A stretch of DNA of 64,000 nucleotides from a bacterium (GTDB taxonomy: Bacteria > J088 > JAWLBW01). The DNA is taken from contig JAWLHK010000002.1 in assembly GCA_041690355.1 (NCBI GenBank), forward strand, positions 124,001-188,000, read 5' to 3'. The first letter of the stretch is position 1, and every line of letters begins with the position of its first letter. The position numbers and the translations under genes are program-made. The notes below the pieces were generated by a model. It did not search any database. It saw only the letters and a list, made by a program, of their open reading frames with translations, and was not told where the DNA came from. Shown piece by piece: positions 63,952 to 64,000 of this stretch.

Positions 63952-64000
63952 TCAGGATTCCTTGAGGCCGAACTGCTTCAGCTTGTTGTAGGCCGAGCTT
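63952..64000 (-). CDS. 3' end of a probable Fis-HTH (sigma54 activator-type) regulator, truncated by the window edge
   Basis: Minus strand reads ...SSAYNKLKQFGLKES*, like the end of a Fis-type HTH (RxTLYxKLKxYGL). Confidence 0.6.
   Translation of the reverse strand, partial: SSAYNKLKQFGLKES

Overview
High-GC bacterial chromosomal window (roughly two-thirds GC by eye, not computed). It is gene-dense, with about 55 CDS. Gene content suggests a Gram-negative, Myxococcota/deltaproteobacteria-like organism (inference): many lipoproteins, a MYXO-CTERM-like tail, and slt-TPR/AIM24-pgsA order. No rRNA, tRNA, CRISPR array, transposase or integrase was recognised. Main content: an orphan Dam-family methyltransferase; a macro-domain-like gene overlapping a metallophosphoesterase-nucleotidyltransferase fusion; many lipid genes (PhaC-like Ser hydrolase, fabH, pgsA, two tandem alkyl-DHAP-synthase-like flavoproteins with an Fe-S/CCG protein and a DAG-kinase-family gene, an acyl-CoA dehydrogenase pair, a thiolase, an MMPL/LolA-like/outer-membrane transport cassette, a Zn-phospholipase C-like protein); a histone H1-like protein; icd; a DUF3604-PPIase-HupE/UreJ cassette; a heme c-bearing copper monooxygenase homolog; and a probably sigma54-driven chemosensory operon with an EAL phosphodiesterase and a pseudo-HPt-CheD fusion. 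The best candidate for an undescribed system is the macro-like + phosphoesterase-NTase 'writer/eraser' module at 4140-6261. All family calls come from motif recognition by eye, not from database searches.
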